A DNA stretch of 64,000 nt from Selaginella moellendorffii. Its lineage: Eukaryota; Plantae; Lycopodiophyta. Of the stretch, positions 63,987-64,000 are shown in pieces (the first letter of the stretch is position 1; the number at the start of each line of letters is the position of its first letter). The translations under genes were made by a program, and so were the position numbers. The DNA is taken from assembly GCF_000143415.4 (NCBI RefSeq), contig NW_003314373.1, positions 324,719 through 388,718 on the forward strand, given 5' to 3'. The notes beneath the pieces are model-generated. The model saw only the letters and a program-made list of their open reading frames with translations, was not told the origin of the DNA and searched no databases.

Positions 63987-64000
63987 TATATATATATGTA
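63905..64000. repeat. (TA)n/(TATG)n microsatellite
   Basis: Read directly; a shorter (TA)n lies at the paralogous site 48867-48886. Confidence 0.95.

Overview
Eukaryotic plant nuclear DNA, most likely a lycophyte such as Selaginella (inferred from very dense genes, ~50-70 nt introns and intronless PLS/E-class PPR genes built from tandem ~31-aa repeats). 1-20 kb is GC-balanced and gene-dense: a degenerate 2OG-Fe(II)-oxygenase-like ORF, an orphan ORF, three PPR genes, a plastid NiCoT/UreH-like membrane protein, a conserved plastid protein, tRNA-Gln(UUG), a DOMON-cytochrome b561, a P450, a TSC10-like reductase and small pseudogene/Copia debris. 20-64 kb is an AT-rich, tandemly duplicated accessory region around a GH127 gene. 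It holds a ~10 kb Helitron with captured WEE1, RPN11 and LIM fragments, a truncated sister Helitron, a decayed Ty3/Gypsy element and a MITE. The most notable content is a repeated set of small secreted proteins that look non-plant: (i) two intact 150-aa proteins resembling the fungal LDL/Y3 lectin and DUF26/Gnk2 fold, (ii) two damaged copies of that same domain fused to a GNA/bulb-type mannose lectin, and (iii) three intact two-exon 117-aa proteins ending in a G-x-F-xxx-G-xx-G-W-x-N-W-A-F-x-G motif that I know from fungal and bacterial small proteins. Together these suggest an undescribed lectin/defence island, possibly of horizontal origin. Family assignments come from remembered motifs, not from searches.
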